Notes: generated from the letters alone by a model not told the origin. DNA of 43,780 nt from Alphaproteobacteria bacterium (GCA_965261975.1 CBDHEC010000031.1:1-43780); one strand, 5' to 3'. Positions 8,131-17,286 are shown, numbered from the stretch's first letter. Translations and numbers: made by a program.

Positions 8131-9207
8131 TCAGTCCTCAACAAACAAGGGAAGACCCTCGATCGCCGCAACGATCTCGGGTCGCATATATCGACTGTCG
8201 GGTTGTTGGCCATCCACCAAAACACGGCGCATCTCTGTACCGCTGATTTCATGCGTCACATCGCTGCCCTGGTGCGGACAGGTCTGTTCGGTGACGATCC
8301 CGTCGCATACGGCGCAATAATAGGGTCCGTGTAACCGCATGATCTCGATGCCGAGATCGCCATCGAAGCGGCGCGTCAGTTCGTGCGCCTCATACCGGCC
8401 GTACCAGTCGCCGACCCCGGCATGGTCGCGCCCGACAATGAAATGTGTGCAGCCGTAGTTGCGCCGGATCAGCGCATGAAAAACGGCCTCGCGCGGCCCG
8501 GCATAGCGCATCACGGTAGACAGGATACCAAGCACCACCTTGTCGTCCGGCAGGAACCGGCCGACGAGCGCGCGATAACCCTCCATGACGACCTGTGGCG
8601 TGTAGTCGCCGCCGCGCTTGTGCCCGACCAGCGGTTGCACGAACAGGCCGTCGGCATGCTCCAGGGCGACGCGTTGCAGATATTCGTGCGCCCGGTGCGG
8701 CACGTTGCGCGTCTGGAAGCCGACGACGCGTTGCCAGCCGCGCTCGGCGAAGATCGCGCGTGTTTCATCCGGGGTCAGCTCATCTGCCGAAATATCGAAC
8801 CGGGCGCGCTTGAGAAGGCGCACGGCGCCGCCAACAAAGACCGGCTTCTGACGATAGAAAAAAGCCACGCCAGGATGGCTGTCATCGTCGGTGCCATAGA
8901 TCAGGCGCGCCGCGGCCGGCCTGTCGCAGGCATAGAAGTCACGCGGATCAAGTCCACCAACGACCTCGCCGTCAAAGGTCAGGTCGACGCCCGCGCTGGC
9001 CTGCAGGCGGTCGGCGTCCGCCTGGCTGACGTCGAGCACAACCGGCAGCGGAAACACCGCGCCGGACGGCAGACGCATCGTGTCGACAACGCTGCGAAAG
9101 CTGGCCTCGTCCATGAAACCGTCGAGCGGCGCAAACGCACCAAGACCGATCTTCTCAAGCTCGAGATACTGGTTGCGGTCGAGCTCCAGCTGGGTGCGGC
9201 CGGTCAC
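8131..9207 (-). CDS. sat: Sulfate adenylyltransferase (ATP sulfurylase, Sat type)
   Basis: FAPLDGFM, FQTRNVPHRAHE, MRYAGPREAVFHALIRRNYGCTHFIVGRDHAG and CxxC..CPH zinc site. GTG start at 9207 in a GTGA overlap. Confidence 0.92.
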   Translation of the reverse strand: MTGRTQLELDRNQYLELEKIGLGAFAPLDGFMDEASFRSVVDTMRLPSGAVFPLPVVLDVSQADADRLQASAGVDLTFDGEVVGGLDPRDFYACDRPAAARLIYGTDDDSHPGVAFFYRQKPVFVGGAVRLLKRARFDISADELTPDETRAIFAERGWQRVVGFQTRNVPHRAHEYLQRVALEHADGLFVQPLVGHKRGGDYTPQVVMEGYRALVGRFLPDDKVVLGILSTVMRYAGPREAVFHALIRRNYGCTHFIVGRDHAGVGDWYGRYEAHELTRRFDGDLGIEIMRLHGPYYCAVCDGIVTEQTCPHQGSDVTHEISGTEMRRVLVDGQQPDSRYMRPEIVAAIEGLPLFVED

Positions 9208-9740
9208 TGGGCAGCCTCCAGATCGAGCGCGGCAGCCAGTTCGGGTATCCGGCGGACGATCCGCATCGCGATATCCGACGGCGGTTCGACCCGCGCGGCA
9301 TCGATCACCATGTCGGGCTGCTGTGGCGCATGCCACGGTATATCGACACCGACAACGTTCGGGGTCTGTCCGCTATCGGCGCCCGCATAAAGTCCTTTCG
9401 AATCCCGCTCCCGCAACAGATCCATCGGCGCATTAACATAGACTTCGAAATATCCCGGCAGGTTGTCGCGGTTCCACGCCAACAGGTCCGGGTGCGCATA
9501 GAGCGCGGCAACCACGACGGTTTGCCCCTGGCGCGCGAGCCAGCCCGACAGCCGCTGAAGGCGGCCGATCTGCTCCCGGCGAGCCGGTTCTTCATATCCA
9601 AGGCTGGCCCCGAACAGCTCGCGTATAACGTCGCCGTCGACAAGCACAAGCTCCGGAATGTGCGGTTTCAGCGTTTCAACCATCGCCTCGGCGATCGTCG
9701 TCTTGCCGGCGCCCGACAGGCCTGTAAGCCAAATAACCAT
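9204..9740 (-). CDS. cysC: Adenylyl-sulfate kinase family protein
   Basis: VIWLTGLSGAGKTT P-loop, DGD..R, EVYV and RDSKGLY. Start is ATG 9740 or TTG 9764. Confidence 0.85.
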   Translation of the reverse strand: MVIWLTGLSGAGKTTIAEAMVETLKPHIPELVLVDGDVIRELFGASLGYEEPARREQIGRLQRLSGWLARQGQTVVVAALYAHPDLLAWNRDNLPGYFEVYVNAPMDLLRERDSKGLYAGADSGQTPNVVGVDIPWHAPQQPDMVIDAARVEPPSDIAMRIVRRIPELAAALDLEAAQ

Positions 9741-9764
9741 CCTGGACGTTCCCGTCAGCTCCAA

Positions 9765-10997
9765 TCAAACACCGAAAGCGGTGTCACGAGACAGCCGCCA
9801 ACGCAGCCAACTTCCCGTTGCCAGCGACGTGATAATCGATGCCAGTACAAAAGCGACGAACAATGAATCGTCGATAATACCGGTCGCATGCGCGACGCTC
9901 GCCAACACAATGCCCGGGCCGCCCCGCGCATTCATGGTGATTCCGAAATCGAAGGCGCGCGACGCCGATGCGCGTGCGAGCCGCGCCGCCAGCGCAACGC
10001 TCGAGATCTTGACCAGCGACGACAGCACGATGAAGCCGACAACCGGCATCAGCGAAAAGTCGCCGGGCAGATCGAGCTTGAGCCCGACCAGCGCGAAATA
10101 GATCGGCACAAAGAACCAGATCGCCATCTCGGAAATCCGACGCCGGGTCGCGGCAAGCTGCGTGCTCTGAAAACGGCCGATGACCAACCCGGCGAGCAGG
10201 GCGCCGAATACGAGATTGATCTCGAACAGGCTGGCGACGGCGACCAGGGCGAGGCAGAACAGCAACAGGTAGCTCATGAGCATCGGCTCGCTGGCTTCGC
10301 TGATTGTTGCCCGCCCGACCGAGCGCAACAGGGCCGGCAGAAACAGGACAGACGCGACGGCAAAAACCAGCGTTGCGCCCACGACACCACCAATATCGGC
10401 GATCGCAACATGGGCTTCCTGCTGGATTGCCGTGGCCACGGCAAGCATCACCCAGAGCACGAGGTCCTGCGTCGCCGCCGCGACCAGCGTCAGTTTGGCG
10501 AAATTGCTGTCCATCATGTTGAGGTCGATGAATATTCGCGAAATCACCGGGATCGACGTCACCGACGTGGCGATCGCCACAACCAGGGTAAAGGCCAGCG
10601 GGTCCGCCGCGGCGGAATTGCCCAGCCAGGGGGCCGCCAGCCAACCGGCGACAAAGGGCGGCCCGAGACCGCCGGCGACGAGCGCCAGTACGAGCACGCG
10701 GTCGCGCGGACCCAGCTTCGGCGTGATGCTGAAGCCGGCCGTGAACATCAGCATGATCATGCCGAGCCAGTAGAATACCGACAGCACCACCGCCTGTTCC
10801 GCGAAACCCTGAAACAACCATGCGTGCAGGCCCGGCGCGACTAAACCGAGGACCGAAGGTCCCAGGAAGAGACCACCACAGATCTCGCCGACAACGCGCG
10901 GCATCCCGAACCGCGAGAACAGATGCCCGCCCGCCAGCGCCGCGCACAGCAACAGCGCGACGGACAGCAGGAATTGCGAGAGCTCCGAATCACTCAC
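9765..10997 (-). CDS. Cation:proton antiporter (CPA2/KefB-like), transmembrane domain only
   Basis: PRVVGEICGGLFLGPSVLG, TSIPVISRI, FGALLAG, FVPIYFALVGL and MNARG motifs, with many hydrophobic segments. Confidence 0.85.
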   Translation of the reverse strand: MSDSELSQFLLSVALLLCAALAGGHLFSRFGMPRVVGEICGGLFLGPSVLGLVAPGLHAWLFQGFAEQAVVLSVFYWLGMIMLMFTAGFSITPKLGPRDRVLVLALVAGGLGPPFVAGWLAAPWLGNSAAADPLAFTLVVAIATSVTSIPVISRIFIDLNMMDSNFAKLTLVAAATQDLVLWVMLAVATAIQQEAHVAIADIGGVVGATLVFAVASVLFLPALLRSVGRATISEASEPMLMSYLLLFCLALVAVASLFEINLVFGALLAGLVIGRFQSTQLAATRRRISEMAIWFFVPIYFALVGLKLDLPGDFSLMPVVGFIVLSSLVKISSVALAARLARASASRAFDFGITMNARGGPGIVLASVAHATGIIDDSLFVAFVLASIITSLATGSWLRWRLSRDTAFGV

Positions 10998-12199
10998 GGG
11001 CGCCTGCGGTGCCCGACATTGTTGAACGAGCCTGACCGGTCACGAAAGCGGGACGGGACATCAGTCCGGCACCACCCCATAAAGCAACTGTTGCGGGTCG
11101 GGCAGGTTCGCGAGAAGTTCCGCGATCCGCGGCCCCGATGTGCCATCACCATAAGGCGAGCCGCCCGAGTGACGGACCGGAGCGGCTTCGATCCGATTGA
11201 GCGCGGCCGCAATCGAGCCCGCATCATTGGGAACGTCCCTCACATTGTCGCCGCGCAAGCGACCGGCCTGTCGTTCGCCGACATTGATGGCCGGCAAGCC
11301 GAAGAGACCGGCCTCGATGATCCCCGATGACGAATTCCCCAGCATCAACGTCGCGTGGCGCAGTGCAGATGCATACTTGCTCGGGCCGAGGGTATCGACG
11401 AAGCAGGCATTCGGTTCCGCGGCGCAAAAGGCCTCAACGTCGCGACGCAACTGTGCTCCGCCGGGATCGCTGTTGGGTGCGGTAAACAGGACGCGGCCCG
11501 GATGCGCACGCAACGCCTCGAGCACATTGCGCATCGGCGCCAGCGGATCTGTTGAATTGGTCTCGGGGTGCACCGTGACGAGCCGAAACCCAGCATCGTC
11601 ATCGCCGGAACATGGCAACCCCACCGCGCGGGCAAAGGAAGGCGCATCGACCGCGGGCGCCGCAAGCAACGTGTCCAGGGTCGGCGAGCCGGTCACGTTA
11701 ATGCGCCAGTCGTCCTCGCCCATCTCCTGGAGAATCGTCCGCGCATGTTGAGACGACACACAGTGCATATGCGAAAGCTTGCTGAGCGCATGACGAATGC
11801 GGTCGTCGACAGCGCCGTCCGTGATCTCGCCACCATGCACATGGACGAGCGGCAGGTTGAACGGCAGGCTGGCCAGCGCGGCGGGGAGCATGTCCAGACG
11901 GTCACCCACGACGAGCATGACATCGGGTACCGTCTGCTCGATCACCTCGCCGGTCGCCTTGCTGATCAATGCCATGGCTTCGGCGGCGGCGGCGGCCCGC
12001 CGCCGCCCATATCGGCACCGGCAACATGCACCTTGGCCGCAGCGGGCATGCCCTCGGCGGCCGCCGCGCCCGGCGCGAGATGCATACCCGTCAGCAGGAT
12101 GTGAAGTTCGACCTCCGGTCGCCCGGCAAGGGACTGCCAGATCGGCGCAAGGATACCGACATCAGATCGGCCAGCAGAAACGGAAAGGATACGTGTCAT
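10994..12199 (-). pseudogene. neuC: UDP-N-acetylglucosamine 2-epimerase, hydrolysing (NeuC/LegG), frameshifted (true lesion or sequencing error)
   Basis: N-terminus (RSDVGIL, LTGMHL) is in 11966-12199. The body (VGDR, HVHGGE, GAVDDRIRHA, VTVHPET, GNSSSGIIEA, INVGERQ.GR, YGDG) is in 11061-11975. Frameshift near 11995, and probably a second near 11075. Confidence 0.85.
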
Positions 12200-13219
12200 T
12201 CAGATACTACCGATTCTGGTGTGAGGTCGCCGTCGGACAACGGCGCGTCGGCTTCGAGTGCCCGGTTCAGCAGGCAACCGACAGGAGAGCGCGAGGGCGG
12301 CAGACCATCGGCAGGCCGCTTTAAGACAACATCTTTCTCGCCCAGTACGCTGCCCGCCGGCAGTGCGTGGCGCATATGCCAGGAACGGCGCACAAGGCGG
12401 GCGGTCTCGATCTCTTCGGGCACTGGTTGTTTCGTGCCGTCGCCGAGCGACATCTCGACATCGCGCAAGCGCGCTATCAACGCGCCCAGTTCACCGGGCT
12501 CAAGCGAAGCACGGTGATCGGGCCCCGGCAGCGTGCGATCGAGTGTGAAATGCTTTTCGATCATCGTCGCGCCCAGCGCCACGGCGGCGATCGCGACATG
12601 GTCACCAAGACTGTGATCCGAATAACCGACCGGCAAACCGAAATATTGTTTCATGGTGGCGATGGCCGTGAGGTTGAGGCTTTCGGGGGGCGCGGGATAG
12701 AGCCGACGTGCAATGCAGAATCGTGATGTCGTCGCAGCCATGCTGGCGGAGCACCGCGACAGCATCATCGACCTCGGCCAGGGTCGCCATACCGGTCGAC
12801 AGGATGACCGGCAGGCCGCGCTCGGCAAACCGGACCAGCGCCGGCGTATTGGTCATTTCGCCCGAGGCGATCTTGAGCCTGTCCATGCCAAGATCGATCA
12901 GCGCATCAAGCTGCGCCAGATCGAAAACCGAAGCCATGAAGCCGACCTTCGCCTCGCGGCACGCCGCTGCGAGCGTTGCGAAATCATCAAGCGACAATTC
13001 GAGATCGCGCAGCAGCGCATCCTGGCTGGATTCGCCGGTGTTCGTCTGCTGGTACGACGCAGTACGCGCATCGCGCACGACCAGCGCATCGGTCGAGAAG
13101 GCCTGGAACTTCACATAGTCGGCACCGGCTTCGGCGGCCACGGACACCATCTCCAGCGCACGGGAAAGCTCGCCGTTATGGTTGACGCCTGCTTCGGCTA
13201 TGAAAATCGGTGCGGTCAA
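12196..13219 (-). pseudogene. neuB: N-acetylneuraminate/legionaminate synthase (NeuB/LegI) with C-terminal SAF domain, frameshifted
   Basis: IAEAGVNHNG, VKFQ, KIASGE, ILSTGMA and LHCTS are in one frame. YPAP, GYSDHSLG, IEKHFTLDR and GPDHRASL are in another. One extra base at 12703-12704 (TCG G CTC TAT). Confidence 0.9.
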
Positions 13220-13229
13220 AACGGCGGCT

Positions 13230-13793
13230 TCAACGGGGATAACGCGTCAATGACGGCACCAGCGTGTCGGCGGGCACGGTGGCGCCGGGCAGTACGACGG
13301 CACCGGCACCAACCATCGCGCAGCTGCCGATATGAACGGCCCCAAGAACAACGGCGCCCGGTGCAATATGAGCGCCGGCTTCGATGACCGCGTCATGCTC
13401 GACAATCGCGCCTGTATTGACAATCACGGCCTCGGAAATCTGCGCCCCCGCATTGACCACGGCACCAGCCAGCACGATGGCGCCGTCAGCGAGAACCACA
13501 TCCGCGGCGACGAAGGCACGGCTATGGACGAGCGAAATCGGCGTTACGGGTCTTGTCGCGTAGCGCCCGAACAGTTCGTGCCGTCGCCGCAAAACCTCGG
13601 GATCGGCGCCACCGAGCCCCATCACGAACCCCGACGCGGCAGCGGGCAGCGGGTCGTCATCGCCGAACAGCGGAACATCAAGCCAATCGGGCTTGTCCAT
13701 GGCGGCGCAGGCAACCACCGCGTGCCCGTTGTCCATGGCGGCCTCGGTCACCGGGCGGGCATGTCCGCCGGCGCCGACGAGAAACAGGTTCAT
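13230..13793 (-). CDS. NeuD/PglD/LegH-type sugar acetyltransferase (hexapeptide repeats)
   Basis: GAGGHAR, VHSRA, IVNTGAIVEHD and HIAPG left-handed beta-helix repeats. Confidence 0.88.
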   Translation of the reverse strand: MNLFLVGAGGHARPVTEAAMDNGHAVVACAAMDKPDWLDVPLFGDDDPLPAAASGFVMGLGGADPEVLRRRHELFGRYATRPVTPISLVHSRAFVAADVVLADGAIVLAGAVVNAGAQISEAVIVNTGAIVEHDAVIEAGAHIAPGAVVLGAVHIGSCAMVGAGAVVLPGATVPADTLVPSLTRYPR

Positions 13794-14915
13794 GCCCCGG
13801 CTCCCGGCCGATGGTCGTGCCAGGCCAATACCGTCTCGATCACGCGCTGCTGGTCGTGTTCATGCAACGAGGACGAGCTCGGCAGGGAGACGACCGTGCC
13901 CGACAGTGCCATTGAAACCCCTTGCAGCGCGCGCGGCGCGTCCTGCCAGGGGGCCTGTTGCGACAAGGATCGCCAGAAGAGGCGCGCCTCGATACCGGCT
14001 GCATCACAGGACGCGACAAGATCGCGCGCCGTTTCTTCGTCCGGCACCCGGATCGAATAGAGCCAGCAAACACTGTCGCAATGCGCCGGGCGCGGCATCG
14101 ACGCAACCGCCGCGAGATCGGCAAAGGCGGCGTCGTAGCGCGCGGCGATGTCGCGGCGGGCGGCAACCATCTCATCGATCCGCTCGATCTGGGCAAGCCC
14201 CCAACGCGGCGTTGATGTTGGTCATCCGGTAGTTGAAGCCGATCATGTCGTGCACATAGTCACTGCCCGGGCGCGCCTGGGTCGACATGTGACGCACCTG
14301 CTCGGCCAAGGCTTCGTCGTCGGTGACCAGCATGCCGCCACCGCCCGCGGTGACCGTCTTGTTTCCGTTGAACGAGAAAATCGCAGCCGCCCCCCCGCTG
14401 CCGCTTGGCTTGCCGCGGTAACCGGCGCCGATCGCCCCTGCCGCATCCTCGATCAGCGGTACCCCATGAGGCGCACAGGCCGCCTCCAGCGCATCAAGGT
14501 CAGCGGTATGGCCGAGAGGATCGACGGCGATCACGGCACGGATCGTCGGATCGGCGGCCAGTGTTTCTGCCACCAGCGCCGGGTCGAGGGCCCAGTCGGA
14601 CTCTCTGACATCCACGAAAGATGCCGTTGCCCCGGCATGCGAAATTGCATTCGCCGAAGCGGCGAAGGTCCAGTCGGGCACGATCACACGGTCACCGGTG
14701 CGCACGCCAACGGCCAGAAGCGCGAGATGTAGCGCTGCCGTACCATTAACGGTCGCCACGGCATGGGCGCGACCGGTGAGGCGCGCCATCGCGGATTCTA
14801 ACGCCGTGACTTCAGGCCCGGCCGATGACACCCAGTTGTCGCGCACGCAACCAAGCAGCAAATCGGCTTCGCGGCCCCGCAGATCGGGCACACTAAGAGG
14901 AATACGTTCAGGCAT
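13790..14915 (-). pseudogene. legC: DegT/DnrJ/EryC1/StrS aminotransferase (LegC-like), frameshifted
   Basis: WVSSAG, NGTAALHLAL, IEDAAGAIG, FSFNGNKTVTAGGGG and GFNYRMTNINAALG. A G5 run (C at 14198-14202) shifts the frame; removing one G restores LAQIERIDEMVAARR and the C-terminus (WLY, SLPSS). Confidence 0.85.
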
Positions 14916-14937
14916 GTCGGTTTAATTGCTACCGCAG

Positions 14938-14962
14938 CCCGGGTGAATCGGATTCCCCCGGG
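14938..14962. promoter_or_regulatory. Palindromic operator-like site with two symmetric GANTC sites
   Basis: CCCGGGTGAATC-G-GATTCCCCCGGG: 12-bp arms with 11/12 match, 22 bp upstream of the legC start. Confidence 0.45.
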
Positions 14963-15004
14963 ATTTTCGCCCCTTACAACGGCGAATCGCAGCACTGAAT
15001 CAAC

Positions 15005-15032
15005 ACACTATCTCCATTTTATGACCCGTCAA
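15005..15032 (-). promoter_or_regulatory. Putative sigma70 promoter of the glycan operon
   Basis: Minus strand TTGACG-N16-TAGTGT in an AT-rich intergenic stretch, about 90 nt upstream of legC. Confidence 0.4.
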
Positions 15033-15363
15033 GCTTTTTTGTTCGTGGCGTGAACAGTATATCAGGCCTCGTTTTTTCGGGGCCGTGATTGGATTCTCGC
15101 AATCTGCGCGGCCCGCCGGGCCGATCCTCCGATCGGCATCGCACACGCGGCGCAGACCGGGAGCAAATCAGACAGGCTGCGACACACTTCGTTGTTGCCA
15201 ATCCCTACGATGAACGTGCACTAAGACGCCTCCACTGCAATCCGGGGCACCTCCCAAGCAGGGAAAAGCGTCCGTGACCCGGCCACCGGTCGCGGAAAGC
15301 ACCCCGCCTCGCACACAGCTGAAACCAGCCCGAGAATACCGACAGGAAGGCAAGTCAGACACG

Positions 15364-17286
15364 ATGTGCGGCATTGCGGGAATACTGGATCACATCCGAG
15401 AGTTCGATGCCCAAACGCTGGCGCGTCGAACGGAAGCTATGGGAAACAGCCTCCGGCATCGCGGGCCTGACGACGATGGCACCTGGCTCGATCCCGAGGT
15501 CGGGCTCGGTCTTGCTCACCGGCGACTCGCGGTGATCGATCCCACGCCGGAGGGCCGACAGCCGACGGTCTCGCAATGCCAACGCTATGTTCTGGTCTTC
15601 AATGGGGAGATCTACAACTTCCGGGACCTGGCGCAGCAACTCGCAGCGGACAGCCACCCGGTAGATACCAGCTCCGATACCGTTGTGCTTCGTGAAGCCA
15701 TCGCATGCTGGGGGGTGGAGAAAACCGCCCGCGCCCTGGTCGGCATGTTTGCCTTCGCAGTCTTCGACCGGAAGACCCGCACGCTCTCCCTGGTCCGAGA
15801 CAGGCTTGGAATCAAGCCCCTCTACTGGACCCAACAGAATGGCGCCTTCGTTTTCGGATCGGAGATCAAGTCACTTCTGGCCTCGGACCGCATAACCGCG
15901 ACCAGAGACCCCGACGCGCTGGCAGCCTATCTGCAATTCGCTTATATCCCCGCGCCGGCGACGATCTATCGAAACATCCAGAAACTCCAGCCAGGCACCA
16001 TTCTGACGCTACGCGCCGACCAGGAGCCCCGGCTGGAAAGCTACTGGGATATCGCAAACATCGCGCGAACGGGGCAGGAGAACCCGGCCTCGCTCGCGGA
16101 TCCCGAAGTCGCCAACGAACTGGAACGCCTGCTCGAACAAGCCGTAACCGACCGCATGATCTCGGACGTGCCCCTCGGCGCCTGGCTGTCGGGCGGGCTG
16201 GATTCGTCCCTCGTCGTGTCCCTGATGCAGGCCAACAGCACGAACAAGGTGCGGACCTTTTCGATCGGTTTTCCCGCCTTCGGTTATGACGAGGCGGAGG
16301 ACGCGCGCCGGATCGCCGCGTATCTGGGCACGGAGCATGAGGAGTTTCAGGTTTCCCCCCAGAACGCGATGGACGTGATCAATGCCATGCCCGCGCATTA
16401 TGACGAGCCGTTCGCGGATTCCTCCCAGATCCCGACATACATACTGTCACGCCTGACGCGCGGCCATGTCACCGTCGCACTGTCCGGCGATGGCGGGGAC
16501 GAGGTGTTCGGAGGCTACAACCGTTACCTGGCCCTCCCCAGGCTGGCGCGGCGTTTTGCACACTGGCCGAACGGGCTGCGCCGCGCCCTCGGCGCGGTGA
16601 TGCGTGCGCCGGCACCGCGCCACTGGGACGGGCTCGCCCGGGCGATTCCGATGCGGACGCCGCCACAGTTCGGCGACAAGATGTGGAAGGCCGCCAGCGC
16701 CATCGCGGCCGAGAACGAAGAAGCGGCGTATCTCTCGACCGTCTCACAATGGCCCGAACCGCAGGGGGTGGTGCACGGAACCCGGAACCCGACAGCAGCT
16801 TTCCAACTCGACGAATCCCTCTCCGATCCCATCGCACGCCTGCAGCTTGCCGACACCCAGACCTATCTGGCCGACGACATTCTCACAAAGGTGGACCGCG
16901 CCAGCATGGCCCACGCGCTCGAGATACGCGTCCCCCTTCTCGATCATCGGCTGGCGGAGTTCGCCTGGCGCGTGCCACGAACGGAACTCATCGCGGCGGG
17001 CCGCACCAAACTCCCGCTCCGTCGGATGCTGGCAAAACATATGCCCGTATCAATGTTCGAGCGCCCAAAATCAGGTTTTGCCATCCCGATATCGGACTGG
17101 CTGCGCGGGCCCTTGCGGGACTGGGCCGAAGACCTGCTGAGCGAAAACGCACTGCTGGAATCCGGACTCCTTCAGCCAGAACCTATTCGCGCCGCGTGGC
17201 AGTCCCATCTGTCCGGGCGTCAGAATCTCCAGAACCCCATCTGGGCCGTCCTGATGTACCAGCTCTGGGGCCGCACCGCGCCCTGA
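15364..17286 (+). CDS. asnB: Asparagine synthase (glutamine-hydrolysing) family amidotransferase, polysaccharide-associated
   Basis: N-terminal MCGIAG, HRGPD, HRRLAVID, FNGEIYNF, RDRLGIKPLY, LSGGLDSS, LSGDGGDE, KVDRASM and RPKSGF. Confidence 0.93.
   Translation: MCGIAGILDHIREFDAQTLARRTEAMGNSLRHRGPDDDGTWLDPEVGLGLAHRRLAVIDPTPEGRQPTVSQCQRYVLVFNGEIYNFRDLAQQLAADSHPVDTSSDTVVLREAIACWGVEKTARALVGMFAFAVFDRKTRTLSLVRDRLGIKPLYWTQQNGAFVFGSEIKSLLASDRITATRDPDALAAYLQFAYIPAPATIYRNIQKLQPGTILTLRADQEPRLESYWDIANIARTGQENPASLADPEVANELERLLEQAVTDRMISDVPLGAWLSGGLDSSLVVSLMQANSTNKVRTFSIGFPAFGYDEAEDARRIAAYLGTEHEEFQVSPQNAMDVINAMPAHYDEPFADSSQIPTYILSRLTRGHVTVALSGDGGDEVFGGYNRYLALPRLARRFAHWPNGLRRALGAVMRAPAPRHWDGLARAIPMRTPPQFGDKMWKAASAIAAENEEAAYLSTVSQWPEPQGVVHGTRNPTAAFQLDESLSDPIARLQLADTQTYLADDILTKVDRASMAHALEIRVPLLDHRLAEFAWRVPRTELIAAGRTKLPLRRMLAKHMPVSMFERPKSGFAIPISDWLRGPLRDWAEDLLSENALLESGLLQPEPIRAAWQSHLSGRQNLQNPIWAVLMYQLWGRTAP

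Noticed and set aside
8131-9740. Assimilatory or dissimilatory sulfate reduction locus
   Set aside because: No cysH, cysIJ, apr or dsr genes nearby. The genes are embedded in a glycan operon.
12685-12690. C6 tract in neuB as a phase-variation switch
   Set aside because: The tract is in frame (GCG CCC CCC GAA, giving the conserved YPAP). The actual lesion is about 13 nt away in a GG dinucleotide.
14916-15363. Small ORFs or an ncRNA in the 450-bp divergent intergenic region
   Set aside because: The short ORFs lack RBS and protein-like composition, and no RNA family could be recognised by eye. An Rfam/Infernal scan would be needed.
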